Source: Octopus sinensis (Eukaryota). From it: a DNA stretch of 38,093 nt. Below are positions 34,282-38,093 of this stretch, in pieces. A program made the translations under genes and the position numbers. The notes under the pieces are model-generated. The model searched no databases. It saw nothing but the letters and a program-made list of their open reading frames with translations, and was not told where the DNA came from. The stretch lies in contig NW_021835761.1 in NCBI RefSeq assembly GCF_006345805.1, forward strand, positions 1 to 38,093, given 5' to 3'. Every line of letters begins with the position of its first letter. The stretch's first letter is position 1.

Positions 34282-35167
34282 CATATATGTTTGTATGTAT
34301 ATATATATATGTATATATATATGTACATATATGTTTGAATGTATATGTGTGTATACGTATATGCACGAGTGTATGTGTCTATGCAGGTATATATATGTGT
34401 GTGTGTGTGTGTGATATTTTTCTAAATTGAAAATAAAATATGTATGACACTCTAAAGTTATTGCGTGATTCTCCAATAAATGTTTAACTATTTTACATAC
34501 TCTCACACACACACACACACACACCACATGTATGTGTATGTGTGTATATATATACATACATATATACATACACATATACACGCCCACACACACACATACA
34601 CACACACTGAGGCTTATATATATATATATATGCGTGTGTGGTGTTTGTGTACACGAGCAGTAAATTTCTGAAAATGGCTGGTAAAAGTATCTTCTAGCGA
34701 ATAAAATCTAAATTCTTTAATGCTATTATCAACATTTTATTTTGTTGTAAACATTTCCAAAATCAATTTTTTTTTCTTCTTTTTTTTTTTTTTTAGTATT
34801 CATTTCCCCTGTGTCTTGAACTCCCAGTAACCGCTTGCCTTCCATCCTTCTAACTCACTTAACAAGCTGGCGGAAAGTAAGCAATTCTGCATATAGTATG
34901 TCTATACCGAATTGCTTCTAGAAAACCTATCAACCATCATCCGAGCTCGCTCACACCCCCCCCCCTCGCTCCACACGCACATACAGACTTTTATTCGCAC
35001 TCACAATATAATGCACCACACACAGAGATGCATACGCACATACAACATATTCTTGAAAGCGAATTATTTTGTTATTTTTCACCCTCAAACTGTTGCTCTC
35101 TTGAAGGCATTCAATTTCACACACACGAATACACAAACACACACACCACACACACACACACACACTA

Positions 35168-35201
<34 letters not shown>

Positions 35202-35208
35202 CTGTCTG

Positions 35209-35262
<54 letters not shown>

Positions 35263-35454
35263 TAGATAGATAGATAGTAGATAGATAAATATGGATATAT
35301 ATATGTTTGATAATACATATATATACATGCATACCTATATATGTATGCATATTTATACATACATTCATACGTGTGTGCATAGATATATAACTGCATATAA
35401 ATATGTGTATATATGTGTGTCTATGTATATGTATTTATTTGTGTGAATAATATA

Positions 35455-35542
35455 GAGATACACACATACGTACATACATACATCCATACATACACACATA
35501 CATACATACATCCATATATACATCCATACATACATACATACA

Positions 35543-35576
<34 letters not shown>

Positions 35577-36065
35577 CATGCATGCATACATACATACATG
35601 GATACATACATACATGCATGCATGCATACATACATACATACATGCATACATACATACATACATGCATACATACATACATACATACATACATGCATACACA
35701 CACGCATACATAAATGCATGCATACATACAAACATACATACATACATACATACATACATACATACATACACACTACATACATACATACATACATACATAC
35801 ATACATACATACATACAAACATACATACATACATACATACATACATACATCCATACATACATACAATACATAATAACCACATACGTACATACATACATAC
35901 ATACATACATACATACATACATACATACATACATACATACATACGTACATACATACAAACATACATACATACATACATACATACATACATACATACATAC
36001 ATACATACATACATACATACATACATACACACATATGTACATACATACATACATACATACATGCA
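35455..36065. repeat. (TACA)n microsatellite (part of a microsatellite cluster from ~34170)
   Basis: Directly visible. Confidence 0.96.
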
Positions 36066-36374
36066 CACAGAACAACTTATCCATTCAGACCATTTATCTT
36101 TTATTTCCCTTCATCTCTTCACAAATTTACATACCAAATTCCTGTTGCTAGGAGGGAAAACACTCCAGGGAAAGATGTACAGAAAAGGGCAAACCTGACA
36201 AAGTATATAAAAAAAACATGGCTCAACAAACGAATTACACTCAATAAACACTTCGCCATCAACAATAGAATACAGTCGATTCATCATCGCTGATTACTGG
36301 AGTGTACACCGCGATCCTTTCCTTGCAGTAGTTATTTCCCCCTTTTTTCACGTCGTTTAACAAGAGAAGATATT

Positions 36375-36596
36375 ACTCTTTACTCTCTTTTACTTGTTTT
36401 CAGTGATTTGACTGCGGCCATGCGGAACACCGCCTTTAGTCGAGCAAATCGACCCCGGGACTTATTCTTTGTAGCCCAGTACTTATTCTATCGGTCTCTT
36501 TTTTTTGCCGAACCGCTAAGTACGGGGACGTAAACACAACAGCATCGGTTGTCAAGCAATGCTAGGGAGACAAACATAGACACACACAACACACAC

Positions 36597-36628
<32 letters not shown>

Positions 36629-36792
36629 CGACAGGCTTCTTTCAGTTTCCGTCTACCAAATCCACTCACAAGGCATTGGTCGGCCCGGGGCTATAGCAGA
36701 AGACACTTGCCCAAGATGCCACGCAGTGGGACTGAACCCGGAACCATGTGGTTGGTTAGCAAGCTACTTGCCACACAGCCACTCCTGCGCCT
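36375..36792 (-). mobile_element. SINE family B, full length
   Basis: Reverse complement of the family B consensus. Confidence 0.95.
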
Positions 36793-37329
36793 ATGTCGAT
36801 TATCTAATTTTTTTTCCTTTTTTCTAGCAGAAGTAAGGGAGACCGGAACTGCTCTAAGGCTAGGCCAACAATATGTGCTTTTCTTTCCCTGATTTGCGAT
36901 GTACGTTCCCTTCTTCAAGACTTAGGTGCATATTTTGCTGCCCACACAGTCCAAGACTTTGAGGATGAAAGTACAAGAATGAGGTGCAAATACAAGGGAT
37001 CATTTACAAGGGAGAAATCTTTGGTCTAATGACAGAATTTACTTCTCCTGATGCCGGCTGTAGTACATTCCCGACAATATCTATTTCCGATGTGGTCCAT
37101 TCTGATCAGAATATGTGCAAGCACCACAGCAATAATCAAGGCCCCAAATTATGCGGGTGAGAGGAGCACTTTAGTCGGGCTGAACACGTGATACGAAAAA
37201 GAGTCAGGATAGGTTGTCGTTTAGTTTAACCGAACAGATGCCGATGTATCTTGCGACGAAGCAGCCTCTAAACATGGGATTGAGACCAGCTGCGCTTAGG
37301 ACAGCCATTGGTTACGGTTATTTGCCCTG

Positions 37330-38093
37330 TTATCGACACCTGACCGAAACCAAATCTGTCTTTGATTCCAGCTGTATCGCATCCAAAGATAAAACTAAGG
37401 ATTCTGATTGCGACACTGGCTCCAAGCTCTCCTACCAGACAGCACCAAAGACACATAATGAAGCAGAACATATTAAGTAATTGCAGGATATGTAAAGGTG
37501 GCAAAGAAACAATCAGCGGCACTGTCAATAGCTGCAAGTTTTAATCAAGAGAGAATAGAACTGAAGGAATTAATGCCTTGCAAACAACTTGCACATGCAA
37601 GTGCTACCAGTCAAAAAACTCCGCATACCGGAAGCCAGCAAGTGTATGGGGTCATCAGGAGAGAATGCGTCATGCTTCGGGGCCTACCTCTCGATGGTAT
37701 CAATGCGCACCGGCCCCCCTCACTGATATGAGGCCCCGCTTGCTAGATCAGCTGGTTATCAAATAAAGCTCAATATCCTTCTAGCCATCGCTCATCGTCT
37801 CTTTTTAACCAAATCCAGTGGCTAGCCTCATTCCTCGAGGAGTTTACATAACGGTTAAATTTTAGAGCCCGAGCGGCGTCCGTATTATCTTCATGAGGAA
37901 CCGTTAACTCGACTATATTTACAACTTTCCTTCTTTCACACCACATCAAAATATCTGTTTTGTTTCGTAATAGGGATGGGAAAGAATCCTTGGCACCCAG
38001 AATCAGGGGCATTGTCAATAGCTGCAAGTTTTAATCAAGAGAGAATAGAACCGCAGGAATTGACAGAATCGGATGCTTTCATACGCTCGAATT
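37330..38093 (+). mobile_element. RLE-type LINE fragment (R4/Dong-like zinc-knuckle region), interrupted
   Basis: PTRQHQRHIMKQNILSNCRICKGGKETISGTVNSCK, continuing at 38008 (frameshifted) towards an EYxRRHDxI-like motif. Confidence 0.65.
37572..38007 (-). mobile_element. 3' end of a HERO/NeSL-like RLE LINE inserted in opposite orientation
   Basis: TDILMWCERRKVVNIVELTVPHEDNTDAARALKFNRY matches the PDxxxW..KxVxxxELTVPxExN..KxxRY restriction-like endonuclease motif; a GC-rich 3'UTR follows. Confidence 0.75.

Overview
AT-rich, microsatellite-dense eukaryotic DNA that looks like a cephalopod (Octopus-type) intron or intergenic region; this is inferred from the repeat landscape, not from a database match. 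There is no complete protein-coding gene. Most long ORFs in the track are microsatellite or SINE artefacts. The window holds two abundant tRNA-derived SINE families (about 20 copies), three non-autonomous Helitrons, a mariner and a maT (DD37D) remnant, and fragments of CR1-, Tx1/L1-, RTE- and RLE-type LINEs. It also holds several Penelope-like element (PLE) remnants and a few weak minus-strand exon candidates. The main discovery is a microsatellite-associated non-coding repeat present in 4 copies (13.1, 17.7, 27.9 and 28.7 kb). It carries all hammerhead ribozyme core elements in a NON-circularly permuted order: III'-NUH-I, then II'-GAAA-III, then I'-CUGANGA-II. Compensatory base changes between copies support stems I and III and an extra distal helix. 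Two copies form a direct repeat whose predicted cleavage sites are 771 nt apart, a retrozyme-like architecture that could yield a circular RNA. Two conventional type-I hammerhead-like motifs sit in other PLE-type termini (1.5 kb and 34.1 kb). All ribozyme activity is predicted from sequence only.
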